From Candidatus Cloacimonadota bacterium (GTDB taxonomy: Bacteria; Cloacimonadota; Cloacimonadia; Cloacimonadales; TCS61), in assembly GCA_030600585.1 (NCBI GenBank), contig JAUVLU010000004.1, positions 19,016-83,015 of the forward strand: a DNA stretch of 64,000 nt. Direction: 5' to 3'. Below are positions 55,137 through 64,000 of this stretch, one piece after another (positions within the stretch are counted from its first letter, which is position 1; each line of letters starts with the position of its first letter). Below the pieces are notes generated by a model. That model saw only the letters and a program-made list of their open reading frames with translations. It was not told the origin of the DNA and searched no databases. The position numbers and the translations under genes are program-made.

Positions 55137-55592
55137 TTATTCAGCAGCCTTATTTACAGCATTTAAAATTGGAACATAACCGGTGCATCTGCAGAGGTTA
55201 CCCTCCAAAGCTTCTTTTATTTGTTCCTCAGATGGATGCGGATTTTTATCAAGGAGCGCTTTTGCACTCATCAGCATACCGGGTGTACAAAAACCGCACT
55301 GAATTGCGCCTTCTTCTACAAAGGCATTTTGCAGTTTGGAAAGAACATCGTCCTGCTCCAGATTTTCCACTGTTTCAATTGTTGCATTATTTGCCTGAGT
55401 TGCCAGGATTAAACAAGAATTTACAGCATCACCGTTCATAATGACAGTACAGGCTCCACATTCTCCAACTCCGCATCCTTCCTTGGTTCCGGTAAGCCTT
55501 AGTTCATCACGTAAAATATCTAATAACCGCATTGAATCTTCAACTTCCAAAATATGATCTTTTCCATTTACATTAATTTTTATATTTATCAT
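55137..55592 (-). CDS. [2Fe-2S]-binding small subunit of a xanthine dehydrogenase/aldehyde oxidoreductase-family enzyme
   Basis: 151 aa. GCGVGECGACTV (plant-type cluster) and QCGFCTPG...CRCTGY (second cluster). Confidence 0.85.
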   Translation of the reverse strand: MINIKINVNGKDHILEVEDSMRLLDILRDELRLTGTKEGCGVGECGACTVIMNGDAVNSCLILATQANNATIETVENLEQDDVLSKLQNAFVEEGAIQCGFCTPGMLMSAKALLDKNPHPSEEQIKEALEGNLCRCTGYVPILNAVNKAAE

Positions 55593-55594
55593 TA

Positions 55595-58500
55595 TTATCC
55601 TCTTTGTTCAATTATTTCGGTTAATGCATCTTTTGTCATATTAATGAAAACAGGTAATTTATAAGCGGATGACCAGCGTTTTCCAATTGCATTATCAATT
55701 ATTTTTTTCAATGGCTCTTCAATGGAATTTATTGATTCTTTGGTTAATTCTTTGCCAATCAGCAATTGCTCGATCTCTTCAAGACGCATGGGTTTATGGA
55801 AAAGTGAGCCGGAAACGATCTTGCATTCTTCTACCTTGTTGTTATCAAAATTAATAAGAACTCCAATGCTGATCCTGGTTATGTTTACAGCGTTTCTTCT
55901 GCCAAGTTGGAAATAGCTGTATTCATATTTTTTCTTTGGAATTGGAATGATCACCTCAGTAAGGATCTCATCTGATTTAAGTTGTGTTTTGTAATTTTTT
56001 ATAATAAATTCATCAGCGGGAATTCTACGAGTTCCATTTTTAGAAGTTAATATGAATTCAGCTTTATAAGCAATGAGAGGTGGATATGAATCGGCGCAGG
56101 GAGCAGCGTTTGCAATATTACCCCCGATAGTTCCTTTATTCCTGATCTGCAAAGAACCAATTGTTGAACATGCTTTTGTGAGCATTGGAAAATGTTTTTT
56201 GATATATTGGATAGAAAGGATCTGTGAAAATGTGCAGCCTCCACCAATTCTTATTTCATTTTCCGCAACCTTGATATTCTTTAATTCATCGAGATGTGAA
56301 ATATCTAATAGTGTGTGTTTACCTGTTTTCATTCTCAATTCGATGATCACATCTGTTCCGCCGGAAAGAACGAGAAGTTCTTTTTTGGATAATTGTTCCA
56401 GAGCATCATTAATATTTTGTGGAGTAATTGTTTTTATATCAGCAATACGCAAGGTTTGTTTATCGATAACTCTATCATGATTTTTACAAGAATCATGCAC
56501 TGCTATCTGACTTTGTCTTGATGGTTTTCTCAAATTCTTTCCAAGGAATACTTTTTCCAGAGTTAGCGGGAGTTCATAAGAATGTTTGCCGGTAGCGAAT
56601 TTTAGTGCATTATTGATAGCAGCGGAAGTGAGTTCCAATGTGGGTTCACCTAAACTTTTAGCTCCAAATGGTCCGTCTTTATCTTCATTTTCTATTAATA
56701 CGGGGTCGATATTTCCAATATCTTTAATAGTGGGGATAAGGTAATTATCGAGATTATCCGATTTAACGATTCCATTCTGGATATTATAATCTTCAATTAC
56801 AGCATATCCGAAACCTTGTGTTACACCACCATAAATCTGACCTTCAGCCCCAAGCCTGTTCAATACTTTTCCAACGTCATGAGCAGCCGTAATATTCTTT
56901 ACATCGATCTTTCCGGTGGAAGTATCGATCTTGATATCCGCAACATGAGCACCATAAACGTAAGTGAAATATGCGTTACCTTGTCCTGTCTTTTCATCCC
57001 AGCTAACATCGGGTGCTTTATACCAGCCGTAAGCTGAAAGATTTTCCCCAGCCCAATATGCTTTTTCTGCTGCATCTTCAAATTTTATCGGTTTAATATT
57101 CGGAACTTGATCTTTTCGGGAAATTGTACCTTCTTTCCAGATAGTTTCTTCAATATCAGTTACTTGCAGATCTTCCTTTATTATGTTAAATATTTTCATC
57201 TTAACTTTTTCTGCTGCAATAATAATTGCATTGCCACCCATTAATGTCCCACGTGATGCAACGGTTGGACCACCATCGGTAATTGTAGCAGTTTGTGGTT
57301 CTAAGAATACAATTTTCTCAAGATCGGTTCCAAGAACTTCTGCTGTAACTTGAGAGAATGTGGTTCGCAAACCCTGTCCATTCTCATTCAAGCCGGAGAG
57401 CACATAAATACTTCCGTCTGCCTGAACCGAAACGATTGCAGAAGTAGCATCAGTTCCCTCTGCACCGAGAGCACATCCGCGATAACTGCATGAGAATCCG
57501 ATCCCATATTTATAGCGTCCATTCTGCTCATTCAATTTTTTATATTCTTCAAGTTTTTTATTATAATCAGCTTTTTTCAAAGCTTTATCGATAACCTCAT
57601 CCAAAGAAACAGTATGCTTATTTAAAATTTGTCCGCTTGCCGTAGCACTTCCCTGTTTAAAACCGTTCAATTCTCTAATTTCACGAGCAGAAATTCCACA
57701 AATATCAGCAATCTCATCTATTAAAGATTCTTGCGCAAAAATAACTTGCGGGGAACCAAAACCACGGAAAGCAGCAGTATAAGTATTATTTGTGTAAACT
57801 CCTTTTACATCTGTTTCTACATTTTCAATTTCATAAGGTCCGGTAGCTTGAACAACTGAACGCCAGGTAACAAAGAAAGTTTGAGATGAATATGCTCCGC
57901 TATCTGCAATTATGTTTATCTTCATTGCTTTTAGTTTTCCATCATTATTAAAACCGACTTTATACTTCATATAATAAGGATGTCTTTTATAACTCTCTTT
58001 AAATGAATTTTCTCGGGTATAAGTTAATTTTACAGGTTTTCCGGTAAGTTTGGAAAGTAAAGCACATCGGCAAGCCATATAGTTTATTATATCATCTTTG
58101 CCACCAAAAGAGCCACCCAATGTAGAACCGAAAATATTGATCTGATTCATATTCAAACCCATGAATAATGCAATAACTTTTCTGGTAGTATATGGATTTT
58201 GGATCGAACCATATACTTTATAGCCTTTACAAGTATGATCGGGGATTACGGTTATTGTTTCAGGTTCGATATAGGCATGTTCATGGAATCCTGTCTTATA
58301 CTCTCGTTCGATAATGTTATCAGATTCGCTGAACCCTTTTTCTACATTTCCTTTCCGAAGTGGATAATGAACAACTACATTGCTTTTATATTCGGGATGG
58401 ATATGCCTTGCTTCCGGTTTAACAGCTTCACGTGGATCAAATATACCTTCGATAGGTTCGTATTTCACATGAATCAGATCGGCAGCTTTAAAGGCACTTT

Positions 58501-58822
58501 CTTTTGTTTCAGCAGCAACTACAGCGATCACATCACCGGAAAAAAATACTTCATCTTCTACAATTGCATATTGATCGTGGCGAATAGGACCAAGCCTTTG
58601 CTGCCCGGGAATATCTTTAAATGCAGCAATTTTTATAACTCCGGGAACTTTTTCTGCTTCACTGCAATCGATGTTAATTATCTTTCCAACGGGAATATCA
58701 GTATATCGAACCGCTGCATGGAGCATATCAATCAGCTTAATATCATCACCATAAATTGCTTTTCCGGTTACTTTTTCATATGCGTCGATCCTTTTTACTT
58801 TTTTCCCGATGATATTGTTCAT
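55595..58822 (-). CDS. fused molybdopterin-binding (large) and FAD-binding (medium) subunit of a xanthine dehydrogenase-family enzyme
   Basis: 1075 aa. Residues 1 to about 760 form the a/b-hammerhead plus MoCo domains (RIDAYEKVTGKAIYGDD, GGSFGGK, FRGFG, GEP). Residues from about 790 to the end are the CoxM/XdhB-like FAD domain (LVLSGGTDVIIELR, TIGGNIANAAPCAD). Confidence 0.8.
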   Translation of the reverse strand: MNNIIGKKVKRIDAYEKVTGKAIYGDDIKLIDMLHAAVRYTDIPVGKIINIDCSEAEKVPGVIKIAAFKDIPGQQRLGPIRHDQYAIVEDEVFFSGDVIAVVAAETKESAFKAADLIHVKYEPIEGIFDPREAVKPEARHIHPEYKSNVVVHYPLRKGNVEKGFSESDNIIEREYKTGFHEHAYIEPETITVIPDHTCKGYKVYGSIQNPYTTRKVIALFMGLNMNQINIFGSTLGGSFGGKDDIINYMACRCALLSKLTGKPVKLTYTRENSFKESYKRHPYYMKYKVGFNNDGKLKAMKINIIADSGAYSSQTFFVTWRSVVQATGPYEIENVETDVKGVYTNNTYTAAFRGFGSPQVIFAQESLIDEIADICGISAREIRELNGFKQGSATASGQILNKHTVSLDEVIDKALKKADYNKKLEEYKKLNEQNGRYKYGIGFSCSYRGCALGAEGTDATSAIVSVQADGSIYVLSGLNENGQGLRTTFSQVTAEVLGTDLEKIVFLEPQTATITDGGPTVASRGTLMGGNAIIIAAEKVKMKIFNIIKEDLQVTDIEETIWKEGTISRKDQVPNIKPIKFEDAAEKAYWAGENLSAYGWYKAPDVSWDEKTGQGNAYFTYVYGAHVADIKIDTSTGKIDVKNITAAHDVGKVLNRLGAEGQIYGGVTQGFGYAVIEDYNIQNGIVKSDNLDNYLIPTIKDIGNIDPVLIENEDKDGPFGAKSLGEPTLELTSAAINNALKFATGKHSYELPLTLEKVFLGKNLRKPSRQSQIAVHDSCKNHDRVIDKQTLRIADIKTITPQNINDALEQLSKKELLVLSGGTDVIIELRMKTGKHTLLDISHLDELKNIKVAENEIRIGGGCTFSQILSIQYIKKHFPMLTKACSTIGSLQIRNKGTIGGNIANAAPCADSYPPLIAYKAEFILTSKNGTRRIPADEFIIKNYKTQLKSDEILTEVIIPIPKKKYEYSYFQLGRRNAVNITRISIGVLINFDNNKVEECKIVSGSLFHKPMRLEEIEQLLIGKELTKESINSIEEPLKKIIDNAIGKRWSSAYKLPVFINMTKDALTEIIEQRG

Positions 58823-59013
58823 ATTAAACCTCTTGTACTAAATTTACGCATAAATCATTTTTTTATTTTTTGTAAATACGGTCAAATTATTAATTAAGGG
58901 TAATTTTGACTTCAGGGATTAAATTCATTTTGTTGACAAAGAAAATTGAAAAGAAAATTTGGATACATTCATTTTTTATATTTATTTCAATAATGTTCTT
59001 AATGGAGGAAAAA

Positions 59014-62000
59014 ATGAAAAAAGGTTTTATGTTACTACTGATTATCATCCCATTAACACTATCCGCAAATTTTAATATTAAATCCACATCTGCAACAAAA
59101 GTTATTTTTGATTATGAAGCAGACAGTTATAATATTTATCAGGAAAATGGATTTTCACATCTTTATTTCAGTAACTTTGGAAGTCAGCAGACTCCCGGGG
59201 AACCGGAACTTCCTTACAGGGAATTCTGTATTGGTGTCCCTCCAAATGGTAATATTGAAGTAGTTATTATATCGATAGAAAAAGAAACGATTAAGTTAGA
59301 AAATCTGCTTTCTCCTGTCCCGCGGATTATTCCTTCAGGTAAGACATTTGATTATATTTATGAAATTGATCAAGAATTGTATAATGCGCAAGAAAAGAAA
59401 TTTATTCAGATTATGGAAAGAGCAAAGTACCGATTTAATAATATTGTGCCGGTAAGATTCTATCCGGTAATTTATGATCAGAATACAAATGAGATAACAA
59501 TATGTAAAAATATCAAATTTGAAATTCGCATTAATGGAAATGTGAAATTTAGAAATTATATCGAAGAAAAAAATGAAATATCACTTTCAAAACTGATTGT
59601 AAATTATGATCATGCTAAGAATTGGAAGGAAAAAAGTGAAGTAACTTTTACAAAAATGCCATTTGAAAATTCGGATTTCTGGTATAAATTTAAAACAGAT
59701 AGATTTGGATGGTACGAAATAAATTATGAAGATCTGCAAATGTTGCCGGATTTCTGTCAACCTTCTCAAATTCGGATGTTAATAATGGTAAAAAAGCAGA
59801 TCAATAACAAAACTGAATTTGAGCTTCTGGAAATTCCAATTTATACCGATGCAGGAAATGACGGCTCTTTTGATGCGGGAGACCGCATAATATTTGAACG
59901 TGAGCAATTCCCTAATATGGGAAAGTATTTTCAAAATGAAATGGTCTTTTGGATTACATTCGGTGGGGATTTTCAGGGAAATCCGGCACGATTGGAAAAG
60001 AATCCAAATTTATCACACTACAATTCTATAATGGATTTCAAGAAGAAAACATTCTCAGATAACCAAATTTATCGTGAAGATAAAGATGGCATAATAATTT
60101 ATCCTGGATATCTTACAGCAAGTCAAACCAATGTTTTTGAGACTCATTCCCAAGAGTTTGCGCAGCTTCATCCCGATATGAGTTTCATCATAAAAAGTCA
60201 ATCCGAAATATTCGATGAATTCAGTGGTGGAGATCCTGACCAGCAAGCTGTAGAAAATTACATTGAATCTGAATTTAATGATCATCCGGAAATGCAATAT
60301 GTTGTTTTGATGGGATCGGGTATCGAAAATTGGGATCCGCAAAATGAAAAAAATAAGATCATTGTTGCTAAGGTTCCGGATTCAGTAGCCAGCGATGATG
60401 AATTTGTTGATTTCGATAATGATAATAGACCTGAACTGATCATTGGCAGGATCCCGGCTAAGAACAACCAAATGATGGATTATTATTTGCAGAGAATTGA
60501 AGATCATCTTCAAGATTTAACTCCGGGTTTCTGGCGGAATAAAGTATTGATAATGGCAGATGATGAGCATAAAGGTGATACTTTGGAAGGCTTAAGTCTA
60601 AACAGTGGTTTGAACCATACAGCTCGTGCTCAGGAAACTGAAGACTTCATAACAAATACTATTATTATGGATAAGGTTTTGGGAATAGAATATGGCTTTG
60701 ATGAATATCAAAGTAAACCGGAAGCACGCATGGCTCAGATAGAGAAGATTAACCAGGGACGATTGATCTGGTATTTTATCGGGCATGGTAATGAAGATGT
60801 CTTGGGTGATGAAGATTATTTCAGAGCTTCGCTGCATATGGATCTACTGGATAATATAGAACATTTACCATTATTTCTGGCTGCGTCCTGTGAAGTAGGT
60901 AAATTCGATAATACGGAAATAGATTGTATAGCAGAAAAATTCCTTTTTCATGATAGTGGAGGTTCAATTGCATCCATTGCTGCTACTGCTAGTGTTAGTG
61001 GTGGAGCAAATACAATATTAATGAAATATGTTATGAAAAATATAATTGAAGAACGAATGAATATTGGGAATGCCTTATTAGATGCAAAATTAAACTCATC
61101 AGCCGGATTGATCAATAGTCAGTTTTTCAATATTATGGGTGATCCCATTCTTAACGTTCTTCCTCCACAAACAAATGAAACTATTACCGGTATTCCTGAC
61201 AGCGTTCAGGCAAGGCAAACAGTTGATTTTAGTGGTGATTATGAAAATGGAATAAATGAGATCGGTGAAACCCGTATCTATGAATCAAAATATGATAAGC
61301 ATTATGAAAATACACTCGTTACACCCGACGATACTTATAACTATGAGGTGGATTACACCGGTAATGGTCATACATTTTATTATGGTAATATTGATATAAA
61401 TAATGGTGAATATAATGCGCAGTTTATTGTCCCTGATGATGTTCACTCCGGAAATGACGGCAGGATATTGAATTATGTTTACGATAACAGCACATCTACA
61501 GATTTTCTGAACTGCTATCTTCCAATGAAACTTAGCAGTATCCCTGTTTTGGCACAAAGTACAGGCTCGCCGGAAGTTCAGTTATGGATGGATTCCCCAT
61601 CTTTTATCGCGGGAGATTTTGTATCAACAGATCCAACATTAATTGCTCACATCGAGGATGAAAACGGAATTAATATTCTAGGCTCTTCCGGACATTGTAT
61701 TCTGCTAATAATTGATGAATCTTTAACACCGATCGATATAACAGATGGATTTATGTATGATCTTGGTTCTGCTACGGAAGGTGAACTCACATGGCAGCTT
61801 AATGATCTCTCGGAAGGAAGCCATACACTTCAGCTTATTGTATTTGATAACTTTAATAATCCTACTGTTGCAGAAACAAATTTTGTTTGCAAGACATCAG
61901 GAAAGGTCTCGATCGAACAAATGCTTCCCTATCCAAATCCAATGAAAAAGGATGGGTACTTTACATTCGTAATCACCGAAGATTCTGATATTACAATTAC

Positions 62001-62202
62001 AATTTATACATTAACAGGCAGGAAAATTAAAACCATCAAACAACTGAATTCTCTAGCTGGATATAATCAGATCTATTGGAATGGGAAGGATGCGGATGGC
62101 GATGATATCGCTAATAATACTTATTTCTATAAGATCAAAGCTAAACAACTAACTAATAATAAAATTACTGAGAAAATTGGTAAACTCATTATTTTAAAGT
62201 AG
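59014..62202 (+). CDS. C25-family (gingipain-fold) cysteine peptidase with T9SS C-terminal domain; candidate PorU-type sortase
   Basis: ATG 59014 follows GGAGGA and gives the signal MKKGFMLLLIIIPLTLSA. Propeptide-like GEPELPYREF. Catalytic His context WYFIGHGNEDVLGDE and Cys context LFLAASCEVGKFD. The C-terminus is LPYPNPMKKDGYFTFV...ITIYTLTGRKIKTI...IYWNGKDADGDDIANNTYFYKI. Confidence 0.75.
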   Translation: MKKGFMLLLIIIPLTLSANFNIKSTSATKVIFDYEADSYNIYQENGFSHLYFSNFGSQQTPGEPELPYREFCIGVPPNGNIEVVIISIEKETIKLENLLSPVPRIIPSGKTFDYIYEIDQELYNAQEKKFIQIMERAKYRFNNIVPVRFYPVIYDQNTNEITICKNIKFEIRINGNVKFRNYIEEKNEISLSKLIVNYDHAKNWKEKSEVTFTKMPFENSDFWYKFKTDRFGWYEINYEDLQMLPDFCQPSQIRMLIMVKKQINNKTEFELLEIPIYTDAGNDGSFDAGDRIIFEREQFPNMGKYFQNEMVFWITFGGDFQGNPARLEKNPNLSHYNSIMDFKKKTFSDNQIYREDKDGIIIYPGYLTASQTNVFETHSQEFAQLHPDMSFIIKSQSEIFDEFSGGDPDQQAVENYIESEFNDHPEMQYVVLMGSGIENWDPQNEKNKIIVAKVPDSVASDDEFVDFDNDNRPELIIGRIPAKNNQMMDYYLQRIEDHLQDLTPGFWRNKVLIMADDEHKGDTLEGLSLNSGLNHTARAQETEDFITNTIIMDKVLGIEYGFDEYQSKPEARMAQIEKINQGRLIWYFIGHGNEDVLGDEDYFRASLHMDLLDNIEHLPLFLAASCEVGKFDNTEIDCIAEKFLFHDSGGSIASIAATASVSGGANTILMKYVMKNIIEERMNIGNALLDAKLNSSAGLINSQFFNIMGDPILNVLPPQTNETITGIPDSVQARQTVDFSGDYENGINEIGETRIYESKYDKHYENTLVTPDDTYNYEVDYTGNGHTFYYGNIDINNGEYNAQFIVPDDVHSGNDGRILNYVYDNSTSTDFLNCYLPMKLSSIPVLAQSTGSPEVQLWMDSPSFIAGDFVSTDPTLIAHIEDENGINILGSSGHCILLIIDESLTPIDITDGFMYDLGSATEGELTWQLNDLSEGSHTLQLIVFDNFNNPTVAETNFVCKTSGKVSIEQMLPYPNPMKKDGYFTFVITEDSDITITIYTLTGRKIKTIKQLNSLAGYNQIYWNGKDADGDDIANNTYFYKIKAKQLTNNKITEKIGKLIILK

Positions 62203-62292
62203 AGAGTTGACAAGAAACAGTAATAATTTTCTTTTGGACAGCTAAAAAGGTTTTATATAAAATTAGATATTTAATATAATTGCGGAGGATAT

Positions 62293-64000
62293 ATGAAAAC
62301 TATAAGAAACATCGCTCTTGTCGGAGCTATTGGTGCTGGGAAGACAAGTCTGGTTGAACAGATGTTATTCAACTCGAAAACGACAAATAGAATCGGTAAG
62401 ATCGAAGATGGCACTACTGTCATGGATTTCAATCCTGAGGAAATTGAAAGAAAATCTTCTGTTTCTCTGAGTATTGCAAATTTTATGTGGATGAAAAATA
62501 AGATCAATATTATTGATGTACCCGGTCTGGTAGATTTTAGCTCTGAGCAGATATCTGCTTCGATCGCTGCGGAAACAATTTTGTTTGTAGTAAACGGAGC
62601 TTCAGAGTTTGACGTAAGCCTTGAAAAATCTATAGAATTGCTTGCAGATAGACCTGTGGTGAAAGGTTTTATTGTTAATAGAATAGATAATGAAGGTGCA
62701 GATTTCAATAAAGCAATTGAAAGGATCAGAGAGAATACGGATTTCAATCCTACACCTATTCTTATTCCAATTGGAAGTGAACACAAATTTGAAGGTGTTG
62801 TTGATATCGCAAAAGGTAAAGCTTTTAAAAACGGAGAAGAGATCGATATCCCTGCAAAAATGGCTGATCAAGTTGAAGAAAGTAAAATGGAATTGATGGA
62901 AGCTGTTGCAGAAAGCGATGATATACTTCTTGAAAAATATTTTGAAGCAGGAGAACTTACAAAAGAAGAAATGACTACCGGCTTAAAGAATGCAATCATT
63001 CAAGGTAAATTGACACCTGCTTTTGCAACTTCCGCAACTCATGATATTGGAGTTATTGATCTTATGAATGCCATTGTGGAATATTTACCTTCTCCGGCTG
63101 ACAAAAATGAACTTCAAGTTATCGAAAATAAAAAAGAAAAAATCATTCAACTTAGTGAGACCGGAGATCTTTTTGCATATGTTTTCAAATCATTTTCCGA
63201 TCCGAACGTAGGCGATATTTCTTATGTAAGGGTTTTCTCAGGTAAAATGACAAGTGGATTAGATGTATATATCCCAGAGAAGGATAGTAAAGATAGAATT
63301 GGTTCAATGTATTTTGTGAATGGAAAGAATAGGAAAGACACGGATAAATTGAAAGCTGGGGACATTGGCGGCTTAGTTAAAATGAAAGTTGCCCGTGGTT
63401 TTGATTCTATCGTTAATACAAATTCTAAACTTAAATTCCGTGAGATCAAACTTCCTACACCTGTTTATTGGCAAAGTATTAAAGCAGCCAATCAGCATGA
63501 TGAAGATAAGATTGGTGCAGCTTTAAATAAATTATTAGATGAAGATCATACATTAAATCTTGAAATGAATCAAGAAACCGGACAGAACATCATATCATGT
63601 ATTGGTGAGCAGCAGATCACACTTCTTCAAAAAAGGCTTAAATCCAGATACAAGATCGAAGCAAATTTAAAAACACCAGCAGTTCCTTATAAAGAAACAA
63701 TATCAGGAATGGCTGATGTACATTATAAACATAAAAAACAATCAGGTGGTAAGGGTCAGTTTGGGGAAGTATATTTTAGAGTGAAGCCACTTCCTCGCGG
63801 CAGCGGTTTCGAGTTTGTCAATTCTGTTGTTGGTGGTAGAATTCCTACTAAATTCATTCCGGCTATCGAGAAGGGACTAATTGAGGTAGTTGGGAAAGGA
63901 ATAATCTCCGGTAATCAAATTGTTGATCTTTGTGTTGATGTTTATGATGGCGGTTACCATGATGTCGATTCATCTGAGATGGCGTTTAAAATTGCTGCAT
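62293..64000 (+). CDS. elongation factor G paralog (EF-G2-like), 3-prime end beyond the window
   Basis: ATG 62293 lies 4 nt after GGAGGA. MKTIRNIALVGAIGAGKTSLVEQML... (P-loop), DVPGLVDF (G3), NRID (G4), then EF-G domains II-IV (GDISYVRVFSGKM..., HKKQSGGKGQFGEV). The frame is open to position 64000. It is absent from the ORF track because no stop lies in the window. Confidence 0.8.
   Translation, partial: MKTIRNIALVGAIGAGKTSLVEQMLFNSKTTNRIGKIEDGTTVMDFNPEEIERKSSVSLSIANFMWMKNKINIIDVPGLVDFSSEQISASIAAETILFVVNGASEFDVSLEKSIELLADRPVVKGFIVNRIDNEGADFNKAIERIRENTDFNPTPILIPIGSEHKFEGVVDIAKGKAFKNGEEIDIPAKMADQVEESKMELMEAVAESDDILLEKYFEAGELTKEEMTTGLKNAIIQGKLTPAFATSATHDIGVIDLMNAIVEYLPSPADKNELQVIENKKEKIIQLSETGDLFAYVFKSFSDPNVGDISYVRVFSGKMTSGLDVYIPEKDSKDRIGSMYFVNGKNRKDTDKLKAGDIGGLVKMKVARGFDSIVNTNSKLKFREIKLPTPVYWQSIKAANQHDEDKIGAALNKLLDEDHTLNLEMNQETGQNIISCIGEQQITLLQKRLKSRYKIEANLKTPAVPYKETISGMADVHYKHKKQSGGKGQFGEVYFRVKPLPRGSGFEFVNSVVGGRIPTKFIPAIEKGLIEVVGKGIISGNQIVDLCVDVYDGGYHDVDSSEMAFKIAA

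Overview
AT-rich bacterial chromosome segment. No rRNA, tRNA or CRISPR array was recognised by eye. All calls come from reading the sequence and the ORF track and from remembered family motifs; no database search was run.

The gene content points to a Cloacimonadota-like or FCB-type organism (inference). Supporting features are four large secreted proteins ending in the YPNPFNP...IYNIKGQ...VWNG...SGVYFY type-IX-secretion C-terminal domain, an LpxC-FabZ fusion, and many palindromic intergenic repeats.

Core genes, left to right:
- radical-SAM stub, rodZ-like gene, dapF, dapB
- M20 peptidase, rlpA, psuG
- two giant T9SS cargo proteins
- HAD hydrolase, phnDCE, HAD hydrolase
- CRTAC1-like protein, S1/P1 nuclease, folC, a SerA-like dehydrogenase
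- a 1625-aa cysteine-peptidase/adhesin, tauE, a large TPR protein
- endoQ-like gene, pepP, coaD, secDF
- lpxA, lpxC/fabZ, lpxD, skp
- a fused xanthine-dehydrogenase-family enzyme, a C25 peptidase and an EF-G paralog

Two accessory loci stand out.
- 18.4-20.6 kb: an HMA-domain remnant, a PD-(D/E)xK-like nuclease and vapBC.
- 44.9-51.3 kb, between secF and lpxA: the 3-prime stub of an IntI-like tyrosine recombinase followed by a co-oriented, more AT-rich array of gene units. The units are separated by attC-like structured repeats, and the 5-prime end of each unit is complementary to a word just after its own ORF. I read this as a decayed chromosomal integron (CALIN-like array). Its cassettes carry an AbiEi/AbiEii pair plus four uncharacterised genes, which are the best candidates for an undescribed (defence?) function.

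Other notable structure:
- a MITE-like element inserted in frame in a T9SS sorting domain
- another MITE-like element between phnD and phnC
- a 145-bp duplicated 3-prime element with mutually exclusive hairpins
- two short tandem-repeat tracts
- near-identical 576-bp tandem modules inside the adhesin gene
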